Origin: a virus
Strand: one strand, 5' to 3'
Virus record (IMG/VR): IMGVR_UViG_3300017951_000010
Span: 1 to 64,000 of that record
DNA: 64,000 nt
Below are positions 10,567-20,872 of the stretch, piece by piece; the stretch's first letter is position 1; every line of letters begins with the position of its first letter. The notes below the pieces were generated by a model. The model ran no database searches. It saw only the letters and a list, made by a program, of their open reading frames with translations, and was not told the DNA's origin. A program made the position numbers and the translations under genes.

Positions 10567-12342
10567 ATGGCAATAGGACGTATAACAGGACAAATGTTAA
10601 GTGCCAACCTGGCTAGATCGGGTACAGACTTAACGTTCGAAACAAATTTATTAGCCCTAGACGTTAGTAACTCAAGAGTTGGTGTTGGTACAGCCTCACC
10701 GGCAGTGACTTTACACGTTTCGGCTACAGACGCTTTAAGATTACCGTCAGGAAACACAGCACAGAGACCGGGATCACCGGCAAACGGTGACTTAAGATAC
10801 AACTCGACTACCGCAACCATCGAAGGTTACGCCAGTGGTGCTTGGGCCAACCTGGCATCAGGTTCAGAGCTTAAAGACGCTGACGAGGATACGTCAGTGA
10901 ACGTAGAACCAAGTTCGGATGTGGACGAGATCCACCTAACAACAGAAGGAAACCAGACTGCTATATTCAGGACTGCTTCTACTCAGTTGGGTGTAACACA
11001 ACTTTCAAACACAGCATCAACAATTACAGGTTTGGTCACAAACGGTGACATCACTTTAACTCCAAATGGAACAGGTAAAGTTGCTGTAAGTTCAAACATG
11101 GAAGTGACAGGTAACTTGACTGTAAACGGTACGACAACAACTATCGATTCACAAACATTAGTGATTGAAGATCCGCTTTTAACATTGGCGAAGAACAACT
11201 CAGGTGGAGCGGCCAACACGTTCGACCAAGGTCTATTCTTCAACAGAGGATCAGACGACAACGTGTCATTCTTATGGGATGAATCAGCAGACCAATTCGC
11301 GTTTGCAGTGACATCAGGTGAGGATGGAACAACAGCAGGTAACGTAACAATTGATTCATACGCGAACATTAGAGCAGGTGACATAACTTGTACGGACATC
11401 GACGGTATCTTAGGATCAAACACAGCGGCGGCGGCGACTGTTACAACTTTGACAGCATCAGGCAACGTTGAGTTAGACGGTGGTAACGTTACGATCAACG
11501 AGAGTTCAGCAAGTGTTGACTTCAGAGTTGAATCAAACGGCGACACACACGCACTATTCGTAGACGGTTCTGAGGACCACGTGGGTATCAGAACATCGTC
11601 TCCAGCATATGACCTTGACGCAGGTTCGTCAACTGACGCTATCAGGGTACCAAATGGTACAACTGCTCAGAGACCTACGGCGGCAAACGGTATCATAAGG
11701 TTCAACACAACAACAGGAAAATACGAAGGATGTTCAGATGGTTCAACTTTCGTCGAGTTCGCGATCGCTGGATCAACTCCAACATTCACTAAGGAATCAA
11801 CCACAGGTGACGGATCCACTACAACTTTCTCAGGTTTCTTCAGTTCAGCACCTGAGAGTGCTAACAACGTTTTCGTTTACATCGACAACGTGTACCAGGA
11901 ACCAACTGAGAACTACTCAGTGTCAGGCACTAACATCACATTTACTTCTGCCCCACACAACGGTGCTAGAATATTTGCGATCACAGGTGCAGACGGCACT
12001 TCACTAGTGACAGGTGGTATTGCTAGAACCGAGACAAGTTCGGTGAACTTCACATCGACTGCGACAACTATCATGAGTTTCAACGCCGCTTCTTACAGAG
12101 GTGCGGAGTTATTCATAGGGCTGACTGACACTGCGAACACAGAGTACGCGGTTATCAAGGCCCACGTTGTACATGACGGCTCAACGGCTTATGGTAACGT
12201 ATACGGTGTGACAAACACAGGTTCTACTGACCTGGCTACAATCACTTTCGAGCATGATGGTTCGAACACAGTGAACGTCAAGGCCACATCAACAGGTGGT
12301 CAGACAGCGGCCAAGGTGCAGTATTCACTAATGGCGGTGTAA
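10567..12342 (+). CDS. Modular virion appendage protein
   Basis: MAIGRITG N-module, two LPxGxTAQRP..RxN modules, GDGSTT module, C-terminal YRGA..HDG repeat. Confidence 0.8.
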   Translation: MAIGRITGQMLSANLARSGTDLTFETNLLALDVSNSRVGVGTASPAVTLHVSATDALRLPSGNTAQRPGSPANGDLRYNSTTATIEGYASGAWANLASGSELKDADEDTSVNVEPSSDVDEIHLTTEGNQTAIFRTASTQLGVTQLSNTASTITGLVTNGDITLTPNGTGKVAVSSNMEVTGNLTVNGTTTTIDSQTLVIEDPLLTLAKNNSGGAANTFDQGLFFNRGSDDNVSFLWDESADQFAFAVTSGEDGTTAGNVTIDSYANIRAGDITCTDIDGILGSNTAAAATVTTLTASGNVELDGGNVTINESSASVDFRVESNGDTHALFVDGSEDHVGIRTSSPAYDLDAGSSTDAIRVPNGTTAQRPTAANGIIRFNTTTGKYEGCSDGSTFVEFAIAGSTPTFTKESTTGDGSTTTFSGFFSSAPESANNVFVYIDNVYQEPTENYSVSGTNITFTSAPHNGARIFAITGADGTSLVTGGIARTETSSVNFTSTATTIMSFNAASYRGAELFIGLTDTANTEYAVIKAHVVHDGSTAYGNVYGVTNTGSTDLATITFEHDGSNTVNVKATSTGGQTAAKVQYSLMAV

Positions 12343-12373
12343 TAGGCAAAACTAAGACCCTAACGATAATTCT

Positions 12374-12415
12374 AAACGCCCTAATGGTAAATACAACTGT
12401 TAGGGCGTTTTTTTT
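12374..12415 (+). terminator. Terminator hairpin with TAAATA late promoter in its loop
   Basis: aaacgccctaatgg-TAAATAcaa-ctgttagggcgttt-ttttt. Confidence 0.8.
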
Positions 12416-12460
12416 ACGACTTAATTTTAAAACAACAAATCATAAGGGAAACATGGAACT

Positions 12461-13474
12461 ATGACAACACGTAACTTTAGAGTAAACAACGGTATATCTG
12501 TAGGTGACATCACAATTAGTGCATCCACCAACAAGATCACAGGTATGTCAACCGATGCACCATCAAGTGACGGTGACTCGGCAAACAAAAAATATGTAGA
12601 CGACCAGATAGCGACAGTATCAACAACTGCTATAACATCTGGTACGACCAACGCAACGGTAAACTCAACATCATTGGTTGTAACAGCATCGGGAAACACC
12701 GAATTGACTGTGACAGACGCGGGTGTGAGGGTACACGGAAATTTAACAGTAGACGGTACAGAAACAATCGTTAACACAGCAACACTTTCAGTTGAAGACA
12801 ACATCATAGAGGTCAACAGGAACGTATCATCAAACGCAGGCATGCCTACAATATCAGGTGTAAGAGTTAGTAGGGGTGAAGGTTCAAATGCAACAGAACA
12901 GGCTCTTTATTGGGCATGGGATGAAAGTTTCGCAGATGACGGTACAACTATCCACGGTAACGCAGGCGGTGCCTGGACGGCATTCAAAGCACCAAGAGGT
13001 GATGAATCTGGTCCTGGATCTGATTCACTAGTTGACATCAGGGCCAACGTGATACACGCAACATCAACTTCGGCACAGTACGCGGACGTTGCCGAGCGTT
13101 TCGAAGCAGACGCTCCAATGACAGCAGGCGCAGTTGTGGAAGTGGGCGGCACAGCAGAAATCACAGAAACAACATCAGACCTATCTGAGAACGTTTTTGG
13201 TGTTATCTCTGACATGCCAGCATACGCCATGAACGCGGCGGCAGGTAACAACGAATCACACCCATATGTGGCAATGACTGGTAGAACTCCGGTTAGAGTT
13301 ACAGGTGCTGTGACAAAAGGTCAAAGACTGGTTACTTCAAGCGTAAAAGGTTGTGCTAGAGCAGTAGCGGCAGGGGAGACAATCTCTCCTTTCCACGTTA
13401 TTGGTAGAGCATTAGAAAGTTCAACAGACGCAGGTATCAAATTGGTAAACTGTGCGGTGAGAACCAACAACTAA
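12461..13474 (+). CDS. Tail fiber-like protein with C-terminal intramolecular chaperone (peptidase G2/S74-type) domain
   Basis: AQYADVAERFEAD..GVIS..PAYAMN..VAMTGRTPVRV..KGQRLVTS. Confidence 0.75.
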   Translation: MTTRNFRVNNGISVGDITISASTNKITGMSTDAPSSDGDSANKKYVDDQIATVSTTAITSGTTNATVNSTSLVVTASGNTELTVTDAGVRVHGNLTVDGTETIVNTATLSVEDNIIEVNRNVSSNAGMPTISGVRVSRGEGSNATEQALYWAWDESFADDGTTIHGNAGGAWTAFKAPRGDESGPGSDSLVDIRANVIHATSTSAQYADVAERFEADAPMTAGAVVEVGGTAEITETTSDLSENVFGVISDMPAYAMNAAAGNNESHPYVAMTGRTPVRVTGAVTKGQRLVTSSVKGCARAVAAGETISPFHVIGRALESSTDAGIKLVNCAVRTNN

Positions 13475-13502
13475 TAAATATTCATACTTTTTAGTAGAAT
13501 AC

Positions 13503-13534
13503 AAAGGGCGGCTTTCGGGTCGCCCTTTTTTTTT
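13503..13534 (+). terminator. Rho-independent terminator, same stem as 1017
   Basis: aaagggcggc-tttcgg-gtcgcccttt followed by a T run. Confidence 0.9.
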
Positions 13535-13632
13535 GAACGAATAAATACTGTTACTGTGGCTCAGCCGGCAATGATATCAGGCTGTGTAGGGCATATGCTC
13601 TACTAACATTATTATAGAAGGAGTACACGAGT

Positions 13633-16600
13633 ATGGCCATTGGTCGTATATCGGGGTCGGTCCTAAAGTCCAATCTGACTAGGAATGGAGTCGACCTTGC
13701 ATTTGAAACAAACCTACTGTATCTCGACGTAACAAACAGTCGCGTGGGTATTGGTACTTCAGAACCATCAACAGCACTACACGTAAACGGCACAATCACA
13801 GCGTCAGGCCTGACAGGTTTGGCGTCACTGGACATAACCAACACATCGACCGATGACAGTTTCCTTATCACTACAACAGAAGCGTCAAGCAGTGCAGGCC
13901 CTGTTATAACACTTAAAAGGAATTCGGGATCACCAGCGGACGCCGACTATCTGGGACAACTTAAATTTAAAGGTGAGAATGACGCGGACCAGGAAGTCGT
14001 GTATGCCAAGATCACAGGTAAGATACAGGACGCATCAGATGGCTCAGAAGACGGTATCATAGAATTCGCCAACAGGAAGGCAGGGTCAAATGTTATCACT
14101 GCGAGACTGAGATCGGATTCCTTACAACTACTAAACAGCACATCATTAACAGTTGCGGGCGATGCCACAATCACAGGATCACTTATAGCGGATGGCTTGA
14201 GTTATCCGACCGCAGACGGAAGCAACGGACAGGTGCTGACAACAGACGGATCGGGCAACCTTTCATTCTCTGAATCATCAGGTGGCGGTGGCGGAAACAA
14301 CACAGCGGTCAAACAATTCAACTACTACAAACTCGGAACAACATCTGCTGTGATAGACGAATTCGACATCACGGAATACAGAGGTGCCATCTATGACGTG
14401 GTCATGGAGGACCAAGACAACGGATTCGTGGGACACCTTAAAGTTTCGATAGTGCATGATGATTCCACTCCTTACGTTTCCACGTACAACATCAATGAGG
14501 ATTCAACCCGCATAGCAGATTTCACGGTGGCCATATCCGGAGACATGGTTCAACTGTCGGCGGCTACGAACACATCATCACACACCAACCTGAGGATATA
14601 CAGGATAGCATTGGGTGATCACCACGAGACTGTTGCCAACACAAATTCAAAAATAATAAGCACAACAACAAGCATCACTTCTAGCGCAACGACATTAGAC
14701 CAATTCACCAAGACAGATATCAGAGGTGCCAAGTACGTGATCCTGATCAAGGATGACACGGCAGGCGACTACCAGATAAGTGAGGCCAGTCTAACACACG
14801 ACGGCACAACAGTTTATCATGATGACTATGCTCTTGTGTCCAGCAGGGGTACGCCGTTACACACACTGAGTGCATCGATATCAGGAGCGACTGTAACATT
14901 AAGTTCAGCGTCAGGTGGTAACACAACAGGTACAGCGATACTGTACAGACAGGATCTCGGATCTAAAACAAAACTTGGAGAGTTTGACAACTTCCTGTAC
15001 GGTGTCAAGGGTGATATAGATTCAACTGTTGAAACAGTTGACTCTTTTGACGTATTCAAATACAAGGCGGCCAGATATTTCATCGCGATGGAGTCTGGAT
15101 CAGAGTATCAGAACTCAGAGGTCACGATGACCGTGAACGATGCCGGCACGGATGCCACAATATCTGAAAGTTTCGTGTTGACAGCAAACAACAATTTGGC
15201 AACATTCACAGCCGATGTATCAAGCGGCAAGGCGAGACTGCGTGCGAGTTGTAACCCAAACACCAAAATATATTTCGCAAGACTGGCGATGGAGGCCGAC
15301 AACATCTACAGGGCCAGCGGACAGACTTCAGATGATCTCTACATCACGCACAACAATCTTAAACTGGAACCGGGTGCTATAACACTACCTAAAGGTACAA
15401 CAGCGGCAAGACCTAGCAGTAGTGTCACTGGTATGATAAGGTACAACACATCAACGGACACATACGAGAGATACGACACAACAGGCTGGACAAACATAGC
15501 CACGCAGGCTTCGGTATCAGAATCAAGTGATACCAGCACAGGAGAGCAAACATCAATAGGAACTTCGGCAACCAACATCGACACATTCACCACAGGTACT
15601 TTTGATAGTGCGTTCTATCTTGGTGTGATGAAAGATGAAATTAACGATGAACTTGCAACAGTGCAAATAAGTTTAGTCCACAACGACTCAGACGCATTCG
15701 TTTCGGCGGGTGGTGGAGTACAACAAGGCACAAACGATCAACTGACGTTCACTGCAGATATCAATTCAGGCACTGTAAGATTAAAAGGTACAGGTACAGC
15801 GGCAGTAAACTCTATTAAATTTTTCAAGATAGGGTTAGGAGACAATACATCTGCATCAAGCTCAGGAAACACTGCTACCATCATCAACACAGATGTTGAC
15901 AGTGCTGTTGAAAATTTGGACACTTGGGCACACGGAACGTACAGAGGTGCGAAATACTACATAAGTGCCAATAACACTGGCAAGACAGAATTGCACAACA
16001 TAGAGTGTTTGGTCGTACACAACGGCAGTGATGCATTCATCACAACATACAACAGTAACTTCACAGGAAGCAATGAACTGATAAGTTTAACAGCAGACAT
16101 CAGTGGTTCTAATGTGAGATTGAGGGCAAGTGCCAATGAACCAAACACTGCAGTCAAGATGTACAGGGTGTTGCTTGGAGATTCAGAATCTGATGCTTCC
16201 AGTACAAACACGAAGACTGTTGGACAGACCACTACTTCAAGCAGTGCTACCACAATGGACACTTTCTCCACAGACAGTGCCAATGGTGCTCACTATGTTG
16301 TTGTAGGAAACAGTTCTTCAGAAAGTGCGGCAAGTATCTCAGAAGTATTTGTGGTGTCAGACGGTTCTGACGCATATGTATCATCAGGACCCATCGTGTC
16401 CACAAAAGGCTCAGACCAACTGACATTCACAGCATCTTTGACCGGATCAACTGTCACAGTGTCGTCGGCAAGCACGTCAGGTGCAAGTACAACTGTCAAT
16501 GCATACAGAGTCAATTTATTAAGGGCATCGGCGGGTGCGTCAACAAGCGAACAAGTTCTAGTGTCTACCACACAGACCATTTCGGGCGCCAAAACTTTTT

Positions 16601-16701
16601 CAAATACTGTTGTGAAAATGACCAACCTACCTACAAGTGATCCGGGGGTTGCAGGGCAACTTTGGAACAGTTCAGGTACCTTGAAAATTAGTGCTGGTTA
16701 A
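13633..16701 (+). CDS. Large virion appendage protein with tandem ~100-aa repeats
   Basis: MAIGRISG N-module; about six DxF..(YRG)AxY..HDG..FTA(D)I..V(R)L repeats; SD aaggag; TAAATA 13542. Confidence 0.8.
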   Translation: MAIGRISGSVLKSNLTRNGVDLAFETNLLYLDVTNSRVGIGTSEPSTALHVNGTITASGLTGLASLDITNTSTDDSFLITTTEASSSAGPVITLKRNSGSPADADYLGQLKFKGENDADQEVVYAKITGKIQDASDGSEDGIIEFANRKAGSNVITARLRSDSLQLLNSTSLTVAGDATITGSLIADGLSYPTADGSNGQVLTTDGSGNLSFSESSGGGGGNNTAVKQFNYYKLGTTSAVIDEFDITEYRGAIYDVVMEDQDNGFVGHLKVSIVHDDSTPYVSTYNINEDSTRIADFTVAISGDMVQLSAATNTSSHTNLRIYRIALGDHHETVANTNSKIISTTTSITSSATTLDQFTKTDIRGAKYVILIKDDTAGDYQISEASLTHDGTTVYHDDYALVSSRGTPLHTLSASISGATVTLSSASGGNTTGTAILYRQDLGSKTKLGEFDNFLYGVKGDIDSTVETVDSFDVFKYKAARYFIAMESGSEYQNSEVTMTVNDAGTDATISESFVLTANNNLATFTADVSSGKARLRASCNPNTKIYFARLAMEADNIYRASGQTSDDLYITHNNLKLEPGAITLPKGTTAARPSSSVTGMIRYNTSTDTYERYDTTGWTNIATQASVSESSDTSTGEQTSIGTSATNIDTFTTGTFDSAFYLGVMKDEINDELATVQISLVHNDSDAFVSAGGGVQQGTNDQLTFTADINSGTVRLKGTGTAAVNSIKFFKIGLGDNTSASSSGNTATIINTDVDSAVENLDTWAHGTYRGAKYYISANNTGKTELHNIECLVVHNGSDAFITTYNSNFTGSNELISLTADISGSNVRLRASANEPNTAVKMYRVLLGDSESDASSTNTKTVGQTTTSSSATTMDTFSTDSANGAHYVVVGNSSSESAASISEVFVVSDGSDAYVSSGPIVSTKGSDQLTFTASLTGSTVTVSSASTSGASTTVNAYRVNLLRASAGASTSEQVLVSTTQTISGAKTFSNTVVKMTNLPTSDPGVAGQLWNSSGTLKISAG

Positions 16702-17126
16702 ACTATAAGATCTAGTATAGTCTGCAACTTACCTTTTATACTTTTATTGTTGAGTGTATTTTTTAGACCCATGTGCAGGTTCTTGGGCCAACATTCAAAC
16801 GCACACCAGCAGTAGCCGGAGTGTTCCGCATTAAGTTTTGGTATGAATTCTGATTCTATGGCAATCAAGTATATGTGGAAGAAAAATTTCTGATCGTTAG
16901 ATGTGAACATTTCTAGAGGGATTATCTTTTTAAATCTGGGTGTGTCGCCCACTTCTTCCGCTATCTCCCGCTTCAACCCTTCAAACGCGGATTCTGTATA
17001 CCTTGCTTGTCCGCCCACTAGTCCCCAAGTGCCCTGTGTCTTCTTGTCAGTTCTCTGTAGGAACAAAAAACGCTTGGTAGCAGTGCTATAGAAAAGTGCT
17101 CCAGAGCAAACAATGTTTTCTTTCAT
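16698..17126 (-). CDS. NUDIX hydrolase
   Basis: GG.....ESAFEGLKREIAEEVG Nudix box. Confidence 0.9.
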   Translation of the reverse strand: MKENIVCSGALFYSTATKRFLFLQRTDKKTQGTWGLVGGQARYTESAFEGLKREIAEEVGDTPRFKKIIPLEMFTSNDQKFFFHIYLIAIESEFIPKLNAEHSGYCWCAFECWPKNLHMGLKNTLNNKSIKGKLQTILDLIV

Positions 17127-17131
17127 AATTT

Positions 17132-17160
17132 ATTATAACACTTATGTTTGGAATTATCAA
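17132..17160 (-). promoter_or_regulatory. Sigma70-type promoter of NUDIX gene
   Basis: TTGATA-17-TATAAT, 5 nt before ATG. Confidence 0.75.
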
Positions 17161-18671
17161 GGAGTAGTTGCGTCTGTGTCTGAATCATACGCTGTTGCAC
17201 CACCGTCAAGCACGATGGTCCATTTACCAGCAGTATAGATACCTTCATAACTTTTTACCCAGGTGCCATTTGTAAACTTGTACTGGATACCTGTGTTAAG
17301 GTTGGTCACATAGGCCAATGTGGAGTCAGGGTTCGATGCGTCCCATACAACGTCCCACTCATCATTGGTAGAATCATACTCAATGATATCATTTTTACTT
17401 GCTGGAGCATGTTTCCACCTTGCAGAAAAGAAGTAGGATTCGTCAGCGGTTGTGTCTGTATCAGATGCTTGTTCAGTGGTTTCCGCCGCCGTCTTACCAA
17501 CACGTTTTGATGGATCTCCTATGTCTTCCGTTATTAGATACCTAGTGCCGTTTATTGGTGTTGCACCTGGATCAAATGTTAATGGATTAATTATTTTGGT
17601 TACAGAAGGAGTTATAGTGTTTGATGGTATAGTGTCTGAATCTATTGTGTAAAGCAAGATAGTGTCGTCCAAAGATGATGTCGCTATTGTACCTATCACC
17701 TCATTACCGTTTTCTTGAGTTAACCTTATTTGACTAGTTCCGTTGCGTACCTTGCCATACTGGTCTAGTAAAACTTTCCAGTTCACCGGTGGACCAAAAG
17801 TTTGGAATGGATCTGCAAAAGTATCAGCATTCGCACCGGTGTGGAAGCCATCGCCTCCAGACTTGACCGAAGTACCTGTTGTGCCCAATAACCTTAACTG
17901 GTTACCTGTGACCAGTAACCCAAAATTGTTAGGGGTAACAAAACTTTGTGAAAGGAGAGGTCCACTTATTAATCCTTTGTTGATGCCACCGTCGTCATCA
18001 TAAATGCTCATGATTATTTTCTGCACAACACCAAGTTTTTTGACTTTGACAGGAGGTGACAACCAAATTGGCATGCTGAAAGTCATTGTTGCTACGTCTA
18101 TCTCTGTGTCAGCACCTACAGGTATTGTTCTCGAACTAAAAGTAATGCCCGTCAATTCCACGTAACTAAGACTGGTCCAATCGATGTAGTTGTCCGATTT
18201 CTGTATTTCGAAATCTGGATTGAACAGGTACAGAATTTGTTCCAAAATTTGTAATTTTTGATCGGTGTTTGAACTATAGATGTCAGCAGTGACCTCTAAT
18301 CTGAATGGTGATGGCATCACTTTCTCGACAGTGTAGCCAGCACCCAATCTATTACTGTATGTTCCGTCTTCTAAAACATCTCTTTCTTTGAGGTGCTGTT
18401 TTTCCACGTGGTATGGATTTTGCATCCTTTCTCTGTCATAGTTGAGTTCTCTGATGTAACACGCTATTTTTGGTGCATAGTTCAGAGCGTTCTCGCTGTT
18501 ATTTCTAATTAGATTAGCCACTTGCCTTGTAGGGTCTCCGTATACAACCGGAACCGGCCTCAGTGCAACACGATTGTCACTCCCTTTTCCTGTTTCAACA
18601 CTGAAATTGTTCAACACCCTCATGAATTGTGTCAAAAATCTTCTTACCTGTCCTGAATAAAAGTGTAACAT
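17157..18671 (-). CDS. Tail completion/sheath stabilizer, gp15-like with C-terminal extension
   Basis: HFYSGQVRRF..VPVVYG..QKLQILEQILYLFNP resembles gp15; adjacent to neck genes. Confidence 0.7.
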   Translation of the reverse strand: MLHFYSGQVRRFLTQFMRVLNNFSVETGKGSDNRVALRPVPVVYGDPTRQVANLIRNNSENALNYAPKIACYIRELNYDRERMQNPYHVEKQHLKERDVLEDGTYSNRLGAGYTVEKVMPSPFRLEVTADIYSSNTDQKLQILEQILYLFNPDFEIQKSDNYIDWTSLSYVELTGITFSSRTIPVGADTEIDVATMTFSMPIWLSPPVKVKKLGVVQKIIMSIYDDDGGINKGLISGPLLSQSFVTPNNFGLLVTGNQLRLLGTTGTSVKSGGDGFHTGANADTFADPFQTFGPPVNWKVLLDQYGKVRNGTSQIRLTQENGNEVIGTIATSSLDDTILLYTIDSDTIPSNTITPSVTKIINPLTFDPGATPINGTRYLITEDIGDPSKRVGKTAAETTEQASDTDTTADESYFFSARWKHAPASKNDIIEYDSTNDEWDVVWDASNPDSTLAYVTNLNTGIQYKFTNGTWVKSYEGIYTAGKWTIVLDGGATAYDSDTDATTP

Positions 18672-19840
18672 TAATTGTCAGCCTTTGGTTTAAGTGCTTC
18701 TTCAAGCGATTGCCTTTGATCCACTGTGAGGCCGTTTATGGTATCGCTCTCGGCGTTGTTTACAAATCCAGTTTTTTGCGTTGATCTAGTGTCGGTGTTT
18801 GATGTGGTTATTCGCACAGAATCTTCAATTTTTACCCATCTGTTGCCATCATACCTAAAAAGCCTATTTGGTAGATAATCTGTCCTCAAGAAATAATCTC
18901 CTTTGTCCACACCCGACGTCGGAAATGTTATACCAAAACCCGCAGGATTGCCGTTTGGTGCAACTCCGTCTCCGTCCAGGTAAAATCCGTAGTGTGAACT
19001 AGCGGGCGTGTCAATCACAGCATTCACAGTCTGGTCACTACTTGCTCTGTCCTCTTCGGTGTTTACATTGTCTGTTCGTATATTTCCTCTTTCATCTATA
19101 GGTGCCACATAGTACTGTTTGTAATTGAAACCTGCTTTTGGTGAATCCTCTTCTGCCTGTTTCAGAACTTGGTCCGATATTGTTTTCTCTCTGTTGTAAG
19201 TCGACATATAACTAGCCAAAGATCCCGTGGCTGTTGCATCACCTAGTATGTCTCTGTATTCTTGTGAATCCACTAATGATTTCAATTTTAATCTCAAAAG
19301 ATGAGGCCACCATGTCTGCGAAAATCCTTCCGCGGCCCTGTTGACGTCTTCTATTACGTAATACCTTTTCAACGCAATAGGTATTGATTCGTCTAGGCTA
19401 TAATCTTCCTTCATGTGAGGGAACTCTATGACATCTCCACTCATTGGTTTCCTGCCTAATCTCTCAACACTGTCATTGAGATGCACGGTCAAGAACAATG
19501 TGTCGTTCTGTAAGAACATTCCAAACTGGCTGAGGTTAAAGTCGACATCTTGAACATTGTATATGCCTCTTATCGTGTAAATGTCAGCATCATATTTCCT
19601 GTCTCTGTTTTCTAAAAACAACAAATCCTGTATTGTTCTTTCATTGAGACTATCACCAGAATACTGTGGCTGAGTTGGAGTCGCTGGGCCATCCTTGTTT
19701 GTTGACCCCTGATCGTACGGCCCCAGGTATTTGTGGAAGTGTAGGTCTGTTCCGCCCACCGTGAACATCTCACGGATGTTACGATCGAAAAACTTGTAGT
19801 CGTTGCCCTTTTCTGGCTTGAAAATGGATAATCTTGGCAT
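18671..19840 (-). CDS. Neck/head-closure protein, gp14-like (start revised to MPRLS)
   Basis: IQDLLFLENRDRKY, LSQFGMFL, KPMSGDVIEFPH; divergent from gp13. Confidence 0.65.
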   Translation of the reverse strand: MPRLSIFKPEKGNDYKFFDRNIREMFTVGGTDLHFHKYLGPYDQGSTNKDGPATPTQPQYSGDSLNERTIQDLLFLENRDRKYDADIYTIRGIYNVQDVDFNLSQFGMFLQNDTLFLTVHLNDSVERLGRKPMSGDVIEFPHMKEDYSLDESIPIALKRYYVIEDVNRAAEGFSQTWWPHLLRLKLKSLVDSQEYRDILGDATATGSLASYMSTYNREKTISDQVLKQAEEDSPKAGFNYKQYYVAPIDERGNIRTDNVNTEEDRASSDQTVNAVIDTPASSHYGFYLDGDGVAPNGNPAGFGITFPTSGVDKGDYFLRTDYLPNRLFRYDGNRWVKIEDSVRITTSNTDTRSTQKTGFVNNAESDTINGLTVDQRQSLEEALKPKADN

Positions 19841-19883
19841 ATCACACATATTTATTGTGCAGGCAAAGGCAATAAATATGAGT

Positions 19884-20645
19884 ATGTCAGAACTTCAAAC
19901 AGGTCAACAAGAGATATTTGATTATGTGAAAAATAACCTCGGTGAGGGCATGATCGATGTTGAATTAGACCCAAAACACTACCAGACGGCCCTAGAAAGA
20001 GCCACAAACAGATACAGACAGAGATCTTCAAACGCAGTTGAAGAATCATATGCTTTCTTGGAACTTAAAAAGAACCAAAATTCCTACATTCTACCAGATG
20101 AAGTAATCAACGTGAGAAACTTGAATCGTAGGACTGTTGGTTCACGTACAGAGGGCGGTGAAGGTGGCACACTTTTCGAGCCATTCAACCTTGCCTACAC
20201 AAACACCTATCTACTGAGAGCAGGAGCCACCGGAGGCCTTGCCACTTACTATGCCTTTGCAAGTTATCAAGAACTTGTTGGAAAATTGTTCGGTAGTTTC
20301 ATACAGTTCCATTATGACAACGCCACTAAAAAATTGACTATCACACAAAGGCCAAGAGCAGACAACGAAACTGTGCTTATGCACACAGACAACTACAGAC
20401 CAGACATAACATTGTTCAAAGACATATACGCAAAGCCTTGGATCAGAGATTACACACTTGCTGTGTGCAAAACCATGCTAGGCGAGGCCAGAGGCAAGTT
20501 CAACACCATAGCAGGTCCACAAGGTGGTACCACCCTGAACGGTGCTGAACTTAAACAGCAGGGCATGACAGAAATGGAAAGACTTGACCAAGAGATAGGC
20601 AACTTCCAAGAGGGCGGAACACCTCACAGTTTTGTTATTGGTTAA
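19884..20645 (+). CDS. Neck protein gp13-like (start revised to MSELQ)
   Basis: LGEGMIDVELD, WIRDYTLAVCK..LG..KF..GPQGGTTLNG typical of gp13. Confidence 0.85.
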   Translation: MSELQTGQQEIFDYVKNNLGEGMIDVELDPKHYQTALERATNRYRQRSSNAVEESYAFLELKKNQNSYILPDEVINVRNLNRRTVGSRTEGGEGGTLFEPFNLAYTNTYLLRAGATGGLATYYAFASYQELVGKLFGSFIQFHYDNATKKLTITQRPRADNETVLMHTDNYRPDITLFKDIYAKPWIRDYTLAVCKTMLGEARGKFNTIAGPQGGTTLNGAELKQQGMTEMERLDQEIGNFQEGGTPHSFVIG

Positions 20646-20677
20646 TACCAACATTCTTAAAATTAAATAATAGCGAA

Positions 20678-20860
20678 ATGACAGATTCCAGATATAGAAG
20701 ATACTCTGACCTCAGCATAGACGAACTGGAAGTCGTTGTTACAGACCTTGAAAATATGAGCCTACTCGCTCTCAAAAAAGGTAAAAAAGATTTTCGTAAA
20801 ACAATATTGGCCACTGTACAGGAAGCCAAAAAAGAGATTGAAAGACGTCTAAAAAAATAG
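20678..20860 (+). CDS. Hypothetical 60-aa helical protein
   Basis: TAAATA 8 nt upstream; fills the gap. Confidence 0.6.
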   Translation: MTDSRYRRYSDLSIDELEVVVTDLENMSLLALKKGKKDFRKTILATVQEAKKEIERRLKK

Positions 20861-20866
20861 TATAAT
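20838..20866 (+). promoter_or_regulatory. Sigma70 promoter of dNMP kinase
   Basis: TTGAAA-17-TATAAT, 6 nt before ATG 20873. Confidence 0.8.
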
Positions 20867-20872
20867 CTAAAT

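Noticed and set aside
2157-16625. Many 60-190 aa minus-strand ORFs opposite the fiber genes
   Set aside because: Antisense shadows of T/S/G/A-rich codon usage; V/P/S-rich, no promoters or motifs.
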